A stretch of DNA of 26,766 nt from Chitinophagaceae bacterium (lineage in GTDB: Bacteria > Bacteroidota > Bacteroidia > Chitinophagales > Chitinophagaceae): the NCBI GenBank assembly GCA_031424135.1, contig JANPGT010000441.1:1-26766 (forward strand). Reading direction: 5' to 3'. A program made the position numbers and the translations under genes. Of this stretch, positions 15,890 to 24,205 are shown one piece after another. Position 1 is the first letter of the stretch; every line of letters begins with the position of its first letter. Below the pieces are notes generated by a model. It was not told where the DNA came from, did no database searches, and saw nothing but the letters and a program-made list of their open reading frames with translations.

Positions 15890-17014
15890 ATGGAATTAGC
15901 TGCGCTGTACCAGAAAGCACTGGATTTTGAGTTTTTAAGCATAGAAGAGGGTGTGTTTTTATTTGAAAACGCTCCCCTGGCAGAACTGATGAATATTGCC
16001 AACGAGCTGAGGAAAAAACAGGTACCCCACCAGAAAGTAACCTGGATAATTGACCGCAATGTTAACACCACCAATGTGTGCGTGGCCAATTGTAAATTCT
16101 GTAATTTCTACCGCATACCCGGTCATGCTGAGGCATATATTACAGATATAGACACCTACAAACGCAAAATAGACGAAACCTTCCGCTATGGTGGTGAGCA
16201 ACTGCTGCTGCAGGGTGGCCATCACCCTGGCCTGGGATTACAGTACTATGTAGACACATTTAAACAGTTGAAGGAATTATACCCCACGCTGAAACTGCAT
16301 GCGCTGGGACCGCCCGAAGTAGCGCATATTACCAAACTGGAGAAATCTACCCATCGGGAAGTGCTGATGGCATTGAAAGAAGCAGGGCTGGATTCTTTAC
16401 CCGGACCAGGCGCAGAAATACTGGTAGATCGGGTTCGCAGGCTTATCAGCAAGGGAAAATGTGGTACAGAAGAATGGTTGACCATTATGCACGAGGCCCA
16501 CAAGCTGCACCTTACTACCTCAGCCACCATGATGTTTGGCCATGTAGAAACCATTTATGAACGTTTTGAACACCTGGTTAAAATCCGCGGGGTACAAGCA
16601 AAGAAACCGGCAGATGCAAAAGGTTTTATAGCATTTATTCCATGGACCTTCCAGGATGTAGATACCCTGCTGGCACGTATCCGTGGGGTACACAACCTGG
16701 TAACGTCTGAAGAATACATACGCATGATTGCCATGAGCCGCATTATGCTGCCCAATATAAAGAACATACAAGCTTCGTGGCTCACCGTGGGCAAGCAGGT
16801 AGCGCAGATATGTTTGCATGCCGGCGCCAATGATTTTGGATCCATCATGATTGAGGAAAACGTGGTAAGCGCCGCAGGTGCGCCCCACCGCTTTACCTAC
16901 AAGGGTATTCAGCAGGCCATCAGCGAAGCGGGGTTTGAGCCACAGCTGCGCAACCAGCAATACGAATTCCGCACAATACCTGCGGCCATAGAAGAGCAGG
17001 TAATCGCTTATTAA
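15890..17014 (+). CDS. mqnC: Cyclic dehypoxanthine futalosine synthase (radical SAM, CofH/MqnC family)
   Basis: DRNVNTTNVCVANCKFC (CxxxCxxC), LLQGGHHP, GAEIL, SATMMFGH, FIPWTFQ, IQASW and GANDFGS. The paralogue MqnE cannot be fully excluded by eye. Confidence 0.8.
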   Translation: MELAALYQKALDFEFLSIEEGVFLFENAPLAELMNIANELRKKQVPHQKVTWIIDRNVNTTNVCVANCKFCNFYRIPGHAEAYITDIDTYKRKIDETFRYGGEQLLLQGGHHPGLGLQYYVDTFKQLKELYPTLKLHALGPPEVAHITKLEKSTHREVLMALKEAGLDSLPGPGAEILVDRVRRLISKGKCGTEEWLTIMHEAHKLHLTTSATMMFGHVETIYERFEHLVKIRGVQAKKPADAKGFIAFIPWTFQDVDTLLARIRGVHNLVTSEEYIRMIAMSRIMLPNIKNIQASWLTVGKQVAQICLHAGANDFGSIMIEENVVSAAGAPHRFTYKGIQQAISEAGFEPQLRNQQYEFRTIPAAIEEQVIAY

Positions 17015-17036
17015 CAATACTATCCATCGCTTTTAC

Positions 17037-17069
17037 AAAAACCCGCGGCTAGCAGACTGCGGGTTTTTT
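17037..17069 (+). terminator. Rho-independent terminator after mqnC
   Basis: AAAAACCCGCGG-loop-CTGCGGGTTTTTT. Confidence 0.8.
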
Positions 17070-17202
17070 ATCCCCATCATGCATTAAACAACAACTACTA
17101 ATAAATACTCCGTATAAACCCCTAAGAATGCCCTAAAAAATTACTTACCATCCAATAATACACAGTGTTTCACTGTTATACGTGCATATTCCCGTTTAGC
17201 CC

Positions 17203-20200
17203 ATGAATGCTGTGCACTTTAGAAAACCGATGCGCTTTGCGCTGATAATCATAGCGGCGTTGCTGCTGTTTGATTTCTTTGCTTACTACCTTCCTTTTAC
17301 AAAAGCCCCCGAAAATAAGCAGGTGACTGAAACCCTCAGTACCACTGCCGAACAACGTACGCTGGGCCAGCGCATCTGCAATACCTCGCTGCTCATATTA
17401 CTAAACAACGGCCTTTCTGAAAGGGATATGAAAGAAACCCGGCAGCACCTTACTAATGCTATTGCGGTATTTGAAACCCGGCAGCGAACTTTATTACAAA
17501 CGATTAATCTTCCTGTAAGCGCTGCAACGCCGCCTGTAGACATACAACTAAAGAACGAAGTAAATAATAATGCCGGCAGTTTTGTGGCTACCGCAAAAGA
17601 GATTGCAGGGGCAGACAATGCTTTACTGGTAACCAATGGCGTAATTTATACCAACCGGATGCGGCATGATGCTGCCAATATGCTGGCATCGCTGGACGAT
17701 ATCAGCCGGCAATACCTTCCATTGCTGCTGGCGACAGCGCAAAAAACGGCAACATTCAGCGCTGCCAAAATGGTTTCGCTGCTGATAGCATTGGCCTGTC
17801 TTTTGTTTTTGCTGCTGGAGCCATTGCTGCGGGGTAACAAAAATAATTTAGACCGCCTGCAGCTGGCAAAAATTGAACTGTTACAGCAGAAGAAATACCT
17901 GTCTTCTATATTGAATTCACAAACCAATTACGTTATCCGGCTTGACCGGCAGGGTAACTATATTTTCTCCAACCCTGAATTTTTAAAAACCCTGGGATAC
18001 GACTTTGCCGAACTCGTTCATGCCCCCTTCTGCAATACCATGTTTCCAAAAGACGGCCCCCGCTTTGAGGAAACAGCCATGCTGTGCCTGCAAAAACCCG
18101 GGCAGGTGTTCCGCCTGCAGGCGCGTATGCACAAAAAAAACAGCAACCGCTATTTATGGACAGAATGGGAATTTATTGCACTGCTCAATGAAGACAGCAA
18201 TATCATTGAACTGCAGGGCACAGGGCTGGATGTAAGCGCCCAGGTACAGGCACAGCAGCACAGTGAAGAAGCCATTGCCACCCTGTCTTACGCCATGGGG
18301 TATGCGCGCATGGGATCATGGAAGTACGATATTGAAGCGCAGTTGTTTATCCTGAGTATAGAAATGAAAGCATTACTGGGATTATCGCCCGAAGACCCGG
18401 AAACACTTTCGATGGATGATTTTGTGAAAAAATTTATTCACCCGGAGGATGCCGGTCTTATAGCAGCGGAAAGAAAGAAAATTCTTGATCACCAGGTTAA
18501 CCAGGGTTACGAATCTGCCATCTCTTACCGGATTATTACAAAAACAGGCCAGGTACGCCACGTTTTTGTAAAAGGAAAACCCATGAATGAGCAGTACCGC
18601 TTTGGTATTGTGCAGGATATCACCATGCACAAAGAAACGGAGCAGGCCCTGCAGGTAAGTGAACAACAGTACCGTTTGCTGGCAGAGCATTCAGAAGATA
18701 TTATCAGCGTGCATTCACCATCGGCGGTCATTGAATACATATCCCCTTCGGTACAAACCGTTTTGGGCTATACGGCGGAGGAAGTTAATGGAAAGAATAT
18801 GATGGATTTTGTACATCCTGACGACCAGGGCCGCTTTATTGCAGGAGAAGATACGCCCTCTGTACACAATACTGATTTATTAATGCTGCGTTACCGGATG
18901 CTGCATAAAAACGGTAATCATATCTGGCTGGAAAGCATCATTAAACCCGTAAAAGAGAAGGGTAAAGTGAATAAGCTTATCTGTACCTCGCGAAACATTA
19001 CAGAAAGAAAGAAAACAGAAGCGCAAAAAAGTAGTTTACTGGCAGAGGTTAAGCAATCAGAATCGCTGCTGCGGGCCATCGTAGACGCCAGCCCGGATCT
19101 GATATTCATTAAAGACAGCAGCCACAGGCACCTGATGGTTAATAAGGCCTACGCAGACCTGCTGCAACTGACTTCCGCCGACATCATTGGTAAAAACGAT
19201 ATCGAACTGGGATTTGCCGAAGAACAGGTAAAAGGCAACATCAACAAAGGCATCCGTGGTTTCTGGCAGGATGACGATGCTGTTATCCGCACAGGCACTA
19301 TACAGGAAATTGCGGAAGAGACCGCCTGGATGAATGGTGAACTGCACTACTTCAGCATGGTAAAAGTACCGCTGAAAGATGACGAAAACAGGGTTTGGGG
19401 CGTCTTGGGTTTTGCACACAATATCACCGGAATTAAGCAGGCCGAAGCCCAGAAGGAACAGCTGCTGGCAGAAGTAAAACAATCTGAGCAGTTACTGCGT
19501 ACTGTTATAGATGCTACCCCCGACTGGATTTTTATCAAGAATACAGCGCATCGCTTTATGATGGTGAACAAGGCCCATGCTGCTTCGCTGCAGCTGACGC
19601 CAGCTACCATGGTGGGTAAAAACGACCTGGAACTGGGATTTCCGGAAGACATAGTCATGGGCAATGCTGAAAAAAATATACGCGGCTTCTGGGCCGACGA
19701 AACGGAGGTAATTGAAACAGGCGAAGTGAAATACATTGCAGAAGAACAGAATATTGTGAATGGGCAACTTCATTATTTCAGCACTACCAAAGTACCGCTT
19801 CGCGATGAAAAGGGAAAAACCTGGGGCATCCTGGGCTTTGCACATGATATTACCGCACTGAAACAGGTAGAAGACGACCTGCGCAGGAAAGATCAGTTGT
19901 TACAGGCAGTATCAGAAGCTACCCACCAGCTAATAGAGAATGAGAACCTGGAAGAAGCCCTTAAAGAAGGCGTATTCCTGCTGGGCGTTAAGATGCAGGT
20001 AGATATCATCTCCGTATACAAAAACCTCTACGATGCCGGCAATACACTCACACATCAACAGGTGGCCTGGTGGAATGTACAGGGCGGAGCGTCTGAAGGT
20101 ATCAGTCATAAGACATTTCCTTCTCCTTTCTGCGCCTCCTCACAGGTATTTGAAACATTACTAAAGAATGAAATATATGCTTCATTGGTAACGGAACTGG

Positions 20201-22011
20201 CAGACGAGTCCCTCCAAAGGCTGTACTATCAGCAAAAAGTGAAATCGGCCGTACTGATTCCCATTATTGTAAACGACCAGCTATGGGGACATATCGCTAT
20301 AAAAGAATGCAAATCTGAACGGCAATGGACGGCTACGGAGTTTACCATTTTACATTCCTTTGCAGCTACGCTGGCGGCTACCATAGAACAGCGCGGACTG
20401 CAGCAGGAGATTTTAAAAGCCAAGGTAATTGCTGAAAAAGCCAGTAAGGCAAAGAGCGAATTCATGGCCAATATGAGCCACGAACTGCGTACACCCATGA
20501 ACGGTATCCTGGGCTTTACCGACCTGGTGCTTACCACCGACCTGCAGAAAGCACAGCGCGGTTACCTGCAAAATGTAAAAAAATCAGCACAGGGCTTACT
20601 GGGAATTATTAACGACATCCTTGATTTCTCCAAAATTGAGGCCGGCAAACTATTCATAGATTACTCCGCATTTCAGCTGAACGAGCTGATAGAAGAAGCA
20701 ATTGATCTGCTGAATGTAAAAGTGCACGAAAAAAACCTTGAGGTCATTTTCTGGTCAGACCCCGCGCTGCCCACCGTTATCAACGGCGACTCTGTACGCA
20801 TACGGCAGATATTGGTAAACCTGCTGGGGAATGCCATTAAGTTCACAGAAAAAGGTGAAATATTTATTGAATGCAAACAGACCGCAGCCCGCTATGAAAA
20901 AAACGGCAAGGAATATATTGACATCAGTATCTCAGTAAAAGACTCCGGCATTGGTATTGCTCCGCAAAAACTACTGAAGATTTTTGAAGGATTTACCCAG
21001 GCAGACTCCTCTACTACCCGTAAATACGGTGGTACCGGACTGGGGCTAACCATTTCTAAAAGCCTGGCAGAATTAATGGGCGGTACACTTACGGTAACCA
21101 GCGAGATGGGCCTGGGCAGCAGCTTTACATTGCAGCTGGCACTGGAAATAATAGATCACAGCCCGCTGATAAAACCACCTGTTAAGCCATTGCTGAAAAA
21201 CGTACTGGTGGTAGATGATAATGATACCAACAGGCAGCTCATGAAAGGTATTTTTGAGTACCTGCAGGTAAATTGTACGCTGGCAGCCAGCGGCGAAGAG
21301 GCGCTGATACACCTGTCCGCGGCAGGCCGCAATACACCTGCTTTCGACCTGGTAATTACTGATTACCAGATGCCGGAAATGGATGGCATGATGCTGGCCA
21401 ACAAAATTAAAGCCAGGCCCAACAACGCAGGCAATCCCGTGGTACTGATGCTTTCGTCTCTTGAAAAAAATATAGAAGGCTACCAGGCAGAAAGAAGAGG
21501 GCTTATTAAAATGCTCTCCAAACCTGTCAAACTGCATGAGCTGGATAAAATGCTGACTGATTTGTTCAGCAAACAGGTTAGAAAAGAAACCCCTCATCTG
21601 AAAATACCCACCATCAAAAAAATAATGCAGGCGGCCACCATACTGGTAGCAGAAGACGAACCGGTGAATATGCTGCTGATTACTGAAATACTGGGTAAAA
21701 TGGGCCTTACTGTTTTACAGGCCACCAACGGACGGGAAGTGCTGGAGCTGCTGAAAGATCACCGTCCGCACATGATTTTCATGGATGTTAATATGCCAGA
21801 AATGGACGGCTTTACCGCAACAGCGCAAATCCGCTCACTGCAAACACCGGCATGCAAAACGCCTATCATTGCACTTACCGCCGATGCCATGAAAGAGGAC
21901 CGTGACAGGTGCATGGAAGCCGGCATGAACGACTATATATCCAAGCCCTTCAGGCTGGAGGAGCTGGAGGACGTTTTACAGCGTTTTCTTACCAATAATG
22001 CTGCTCAGTAA
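17203..22011 (+). CDS. Hybrid sensor histidine kinase: 2 TM with periplasmic domain, 5 PAS, GAF, HisKA, HATPase, 2 REC
   Basis: H-box MSHELRTPMNGILG, N-box QILVNLLGNAIKFT, DSGIGI and GGTGLGL. Receivers are VDDN..ITDYQMP and AEDE..FMDVNMP. PAS signatures include HPED, HPDD and DITERK-like ends. No HPt domain is seen. Confidence 0.95.
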   Translation: MNAVHFRKPMRFALIIIAALLLFDFFAYYLPFTKAPENKQVTETLSTTAEQRTLGQRICNTSLLILLNNGLSERDMKETRQHLTNAIAVFETRQRTLLQTINLPVSAATPPVDIQLKNEVNNNAGSFVATAKEIAGADNALLVTNGVIYTNRMRHDAANMLASLDDISRQYLPLLLATAQKTATFSAAKMVSLLIALACLLFLLLEPLLRGNKNNLDRLQLAKIELLQQKKYLSSILNSQTNYVIRLDRQGNYIFSNPEFLKTLGYDFAELVHAPFCNTMFPKDGPRFEETAMLCLQKPGQVFRLQARMHKKNSNRYLWTEWEFIALLNEDSNIIELQGTGLDVSAQVQAQQHSEEAIATLSYAMGYARMGSWKYDIEAQLFILSIEMKALLGLSPEDPETLSMDDFVKKFIHPEDAGLIAAERKKILDHQVNQGYESAISYRIITKTGQVRHVFVKGKPMNEQYRFGIVQDITMHKETEQALQVSEQQYRLLAEHSEDIISVHSPSAVIEYISPSVQTVLGYTAEEVNGKNMMDFVHPDDQGRFIAGEDTPSVHNTDLLMLRYRMLHKNGNHIWLESIIKPVKEKGKVNKLICTSRNITERKKTEAQKSSLLAEVKQSESLLRAIVDASPDLIFIKDSSHRHLMVNKAYADLLQLTSADIIGKNDIELGFAEEQVKGNINKGIRGFWQDDDAVIRTGTIQEIAEETAWMNGELHYFSMVKVPLKDDENRVWGVLGFAHNITGIKQAEAQKEQLLAEVKQSEQLLRTVIDATPDWIFIKNTAHRFMMVNKAHAASLQLTPATMVGKNDLELGFPEDIVMGNAEKNIRGFWADETEVIETGEVKYIAEEQNIVNGQLHYFSTTKVPLRDEKGKTWGILGFAHDITALKQVEDDLRRKDQLLQAVSEATHQLIENENLEEALKEGVFLLGVKMQVDIISVYKNLYDAGNTLTHQQVAWWNVQGGASEGISHKTFPSPFCASSQVFETLLKNEIYASLVTELADESLQRLYYQQKVKSAVLIPIIVNDQLWGHIAIKECKSERQWTATEFTILHSFAATLAATIEQRGLQQEILKAKVIAEKASKAKSEFMANMSHELRTPMNGILGFTDLVLTTDLQKAQRGYLQNVKKSAQGLLGIINDILDFSKIEAGKLFIDYSAFQLNELIEEAIDLLNVKVHEKNLEVIFWSDPALPTVINGDSVRIRQILVNLLGNAIKFTEKGEIFIECKQTAARYEKNGKEYIDISISVKDSGIGIAPQKLLKIFEGFTQADSSTTRKYGGTGLGLTISKSLAELMGGTLTVTSEMGLGSSFTLQLALEIIDHSPLIKPPVKPLLKNVLVVDDNDTNRQLMKGIFEYLQVNCTLAASGEEALIHLSAAGRNTPAFDLVITDYQMPEMDGMMLANKIKARPNNAGNPVVLMLSSLEKNIEGYQAERRGLIKMLSKPVKLHELDKMLTDLFSKQVRKETPHLKIPTIKKIMQAATILVAEDEPVNMLLITEILGKMGLTVLQATNGREVLELLKDHRPHMIFMDVNMPEMDGFTATAQIRSLQTPACKTPIIALTADAMKEDRDRCMEAGMNDYISKPFRLEELEDVLQRFLTNNAAQ

Positions 22012-22091
22012 TCGTATTAAGAGTATAACTATGTGATGTGGGCGTTTTAATTTCGGCTTAAATAATAGTATTATTGTTGAAACACTTATTT

Positions 22092-22628
22092 ATGAAATTT
22101 TTACTGAGCAGTTCTGTCATTGCTATTCTTTTTCTTTCATGTTTCGCTGAATTTGGGCTAACCTCCTGTACCAAAGACAAAATTATTTACGACACCGTTA
22201 CTGTGGTTAAAAAAGATACGGTAGTTATCAAAGACACCGTTTTAACCTCAGCACTGCTGACAGCACATGCATGGAAAAAACTGGAGATAAGAGGAGTTTT
22301 TGGCGGAGATACGATGTATTATTTAAGAGGGGGCTCCAATAATACACAAAGCTTCGATAATGATTACACTACTTTTTATGCTGATGGCACAGGATTGAAT
22401 ATTGATGCCGCCGGATCCTCGCACCTGATCAAGGAATGGAAACTTGTTACAACAGAAAAAAACACGCAGCTTACCTACAAGTATTTTGTTACCAATTCTT
22501 CCATCTACCACTTTATCACTGAAGATAATATCCGCTTTAAAAATAACAACTTATGGTATGACGAATACTACCATGACAATTATGTTAATAAGAATTTTCA
22601 TGGGCAGATTATATTGATGCCAAAGTAG
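22092..22628 (+). CDS. Putative lipoprotein of unknown function (possibly lipocalin-like beta fold)
   Basis: The ATG at 22092 is preferred over the TTG at 22074. Lipobox-like LTSC-TKDK, then a DTV-repeat segment and a W-containing beta-rich domain. Confidence 0.75.
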   Translation: MKFLLSSSVIAILFLSCFAEFGLTSCTKDKIIYDTVTVVKKDTVVIKDTVLTSALLTAHAWKKLEIRGVFGGDTMYYLRGGSNNTQSFDNDYTTFYADGTGLNIDAAGSSHLIKEWKLVTTEKNTQLTYKYFVTNSSIYHFITEDNIRFKNNNLWYDEYYHDNYVNKNFHGQIILMPK

Positions 22629-22690
22629 GTTATAAAAAATCATATCATACAGCCCGGAGATTTTCAGGGCCATTTTTGAACATTATTTAC

Positions 22691-22717
22691 AAACAGGTGC
22701 TGCAGCAGCACCTGTTT
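22691..22717 (+). terminator. Rho-independent terminator after the lipoprotein gene
   Basis: Perfect 12-bp stem AAACAGGTGCTG / CAGCACCTGTTT followed by a T-rich tract. Confidence 0.75.
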
Positions 22718-22863
22718 TATTTTATTATCCGCCTGCCAACAGATCGGTCGCCAACTACTCTACCAAAGTGGTGATTTTCCCAAGCATGGCAGTACCCGTT
22801 CCAATTGCAATAATGACCGACAAGTATTGATTAATTGCGTTATAAAACTGCCTTGTGTACACA

Positions 22864-22894
22864 TTGCGGCAATTCTGAAATCTGGCTACCTTTA
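22864..22894 (+). promoter_or_regulatory. Putative sigma-A-type promoter (TTG-N20-TACCTTTA) for the MFS-trehalase operon
   Basis: The spacing fits the Bacteroidota -33/-7 arrangement. The -7 element differs from TAnnTTTG at its last base. Confidence 0.45.
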
Positions 22895-22931
22895 ACCGGG
22901 TCATTCAGGCCCCTTGCCTAAATAACGAACG

Positions 22932-24173
22932 ATGCAAAACTGGAGAATCAAACTGTCTCTTTTCATTAACTACTATGTATTTGCCATACTGCTGAACAGT
23001 TCCGGCGTAGCCATCTTAAATGTGCAAAACAGTTTCGGCGTCAGCAAAAGTGCTGCGTCCTGGATAGACCCCTGTAAAGATCTCAGCATTGCCATTGTTT
23101 CATTTTTGGTATCTTCTTACATTACAAGATTCGGGTACAAGCGCGCCATGATGACTTCGCTGAGCGTAGTGGCCATTGTGTGTTTCATTATTCCCAATAC
23201 ACCCGGCTTTCTTGCCGTTAAATTACTTTTTGTAGCCATTGGCTCATGCTTCGCATTAATTAAAATGTCTGTCTACAGTATCATTGGCATCATCACAAAA
23301 GACGCCAAAGAACACGCCAGCCTGATGAATTTCATAGAATCTTTCTTCATGATTGGCAATCTTACCCTGTACTTTTATTTTGGTTCTTTTGTAGACAACG
23401 CCCACCCCCAGTCAACCTCGTGGCTAAATGCGTTCTACCTGTTGGGCGGGCTCTCCCTGTTGGCTTTTGTATTATTGATGGGCGCAACGCTGGATGAGTC
23501 TGCGGCACGTGCAGAAAGCAAGCCAATGAGTGCCGGGTTTGCTGAAATGTTTACGCTAATGCTGAAGCCCATTGTGCTTTCGTTTATAGCGGCTGCATTT
23601 TTCTATGTGCTGATAGAACAGAGTATCCAGAATTTTTTACCTACGTTTAACAATAAAGTATTGATGCTGCCGGCTGCTTTAAGTATACAGATGGGCAGCA
23701 TCCTGGCAGGTGCCACTGCAGTTGGCAGGTTCCTGGCAGGCATTCTGCTGAAAAAATTCAACTGGTTCAAAGTGTTGCTGGGATGCCTGTTGCTGTCTGC
23801 CCTGTTAATATGCATTGCATTGCCGCTGGCAAAGGATTCGATAGGCAAAACATATACCGGCTGGTCCGATGCCCCACTGGCAGCCTTTATGTTCCCCCTG
23901 ATAGGGATTTTCCTGGCGCCCGTGTATCCGTCTATTAATTCTGCCATTCTAACCTCCCTGCCCAAACCACAGCATGGTTTAATGTCTGGCCTTATTATTA
24001 TTTTTTCTGCCTTAGGCGGTACCACCGGGTCTTTATTAATGGGCCAGGTATTTGACGCAGACAAAACCGGCGGCCAGTACGCATTCTATTTCACGCTGAT
24101 TCCTATCGGTATTCTTATTGCCTGCCTTTTTGCTTTCAAAAAGCGGCAAGCAAAAAGTCCGGCCATTGCCTGA
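22932..24173 (+). CDS. MFS sugar transporter (fucose/glucose-galactose-permease-like), probably for trehalose or glucose
   Basis: 413 aa with about 12 hydrophobic segments and MFS-like motifs YITRFGYK and AVGRFLAG. It lies 32 nt upstream of the trehalase gene. Confidence 0.88.
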   Translation: MQNWRIKLSLFINYYVFAILLNSSGVAILNVQNSFGVSKSAASWIDPCKDLSIAIVSFLVSSYITRFGYKRAMMTSLSVVAIVCFIIPNTPGFLAVKLLFVAIGSCFALIKMSVYSIIGIITKDAKEHASLMNFIESFFMIGNLTLYFYFGSFVDNAHPQSTSWLNAFYLLGGLSLLAFVLLMGATLDESAARAESKPMSAGFAEMFTLMLKPIVLSFIAAAFFYVLIEQSIQNFLPTFNNKVLMLPAALSIQMGSILAGATAVGRFLAGILLKKFNWFKVLLGCLLLSALLICIALPLAKDSIGKTYTGWSDAPLAAFMFPLIGIFLAPVYPSINSAILTSLPKPQHGLMSGLIIIFSALGGTTGSLLMGQVFDADKTGGQYAFYFTLIPIGILIACLFAFKKRQAKSPAIA

Positions 24174-24205
24174 TTACGCATTTTTATACCCTGCTATTTA
24201 TTACT

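Noticed and set aside
247-17014. ispG and mqnC as a menaquinone supercluster (tail plus head group)
   Set aside because: They are 13.6 kb apart, separately transcribed and separated by unrelated genes, so proximity is probably coincidental.
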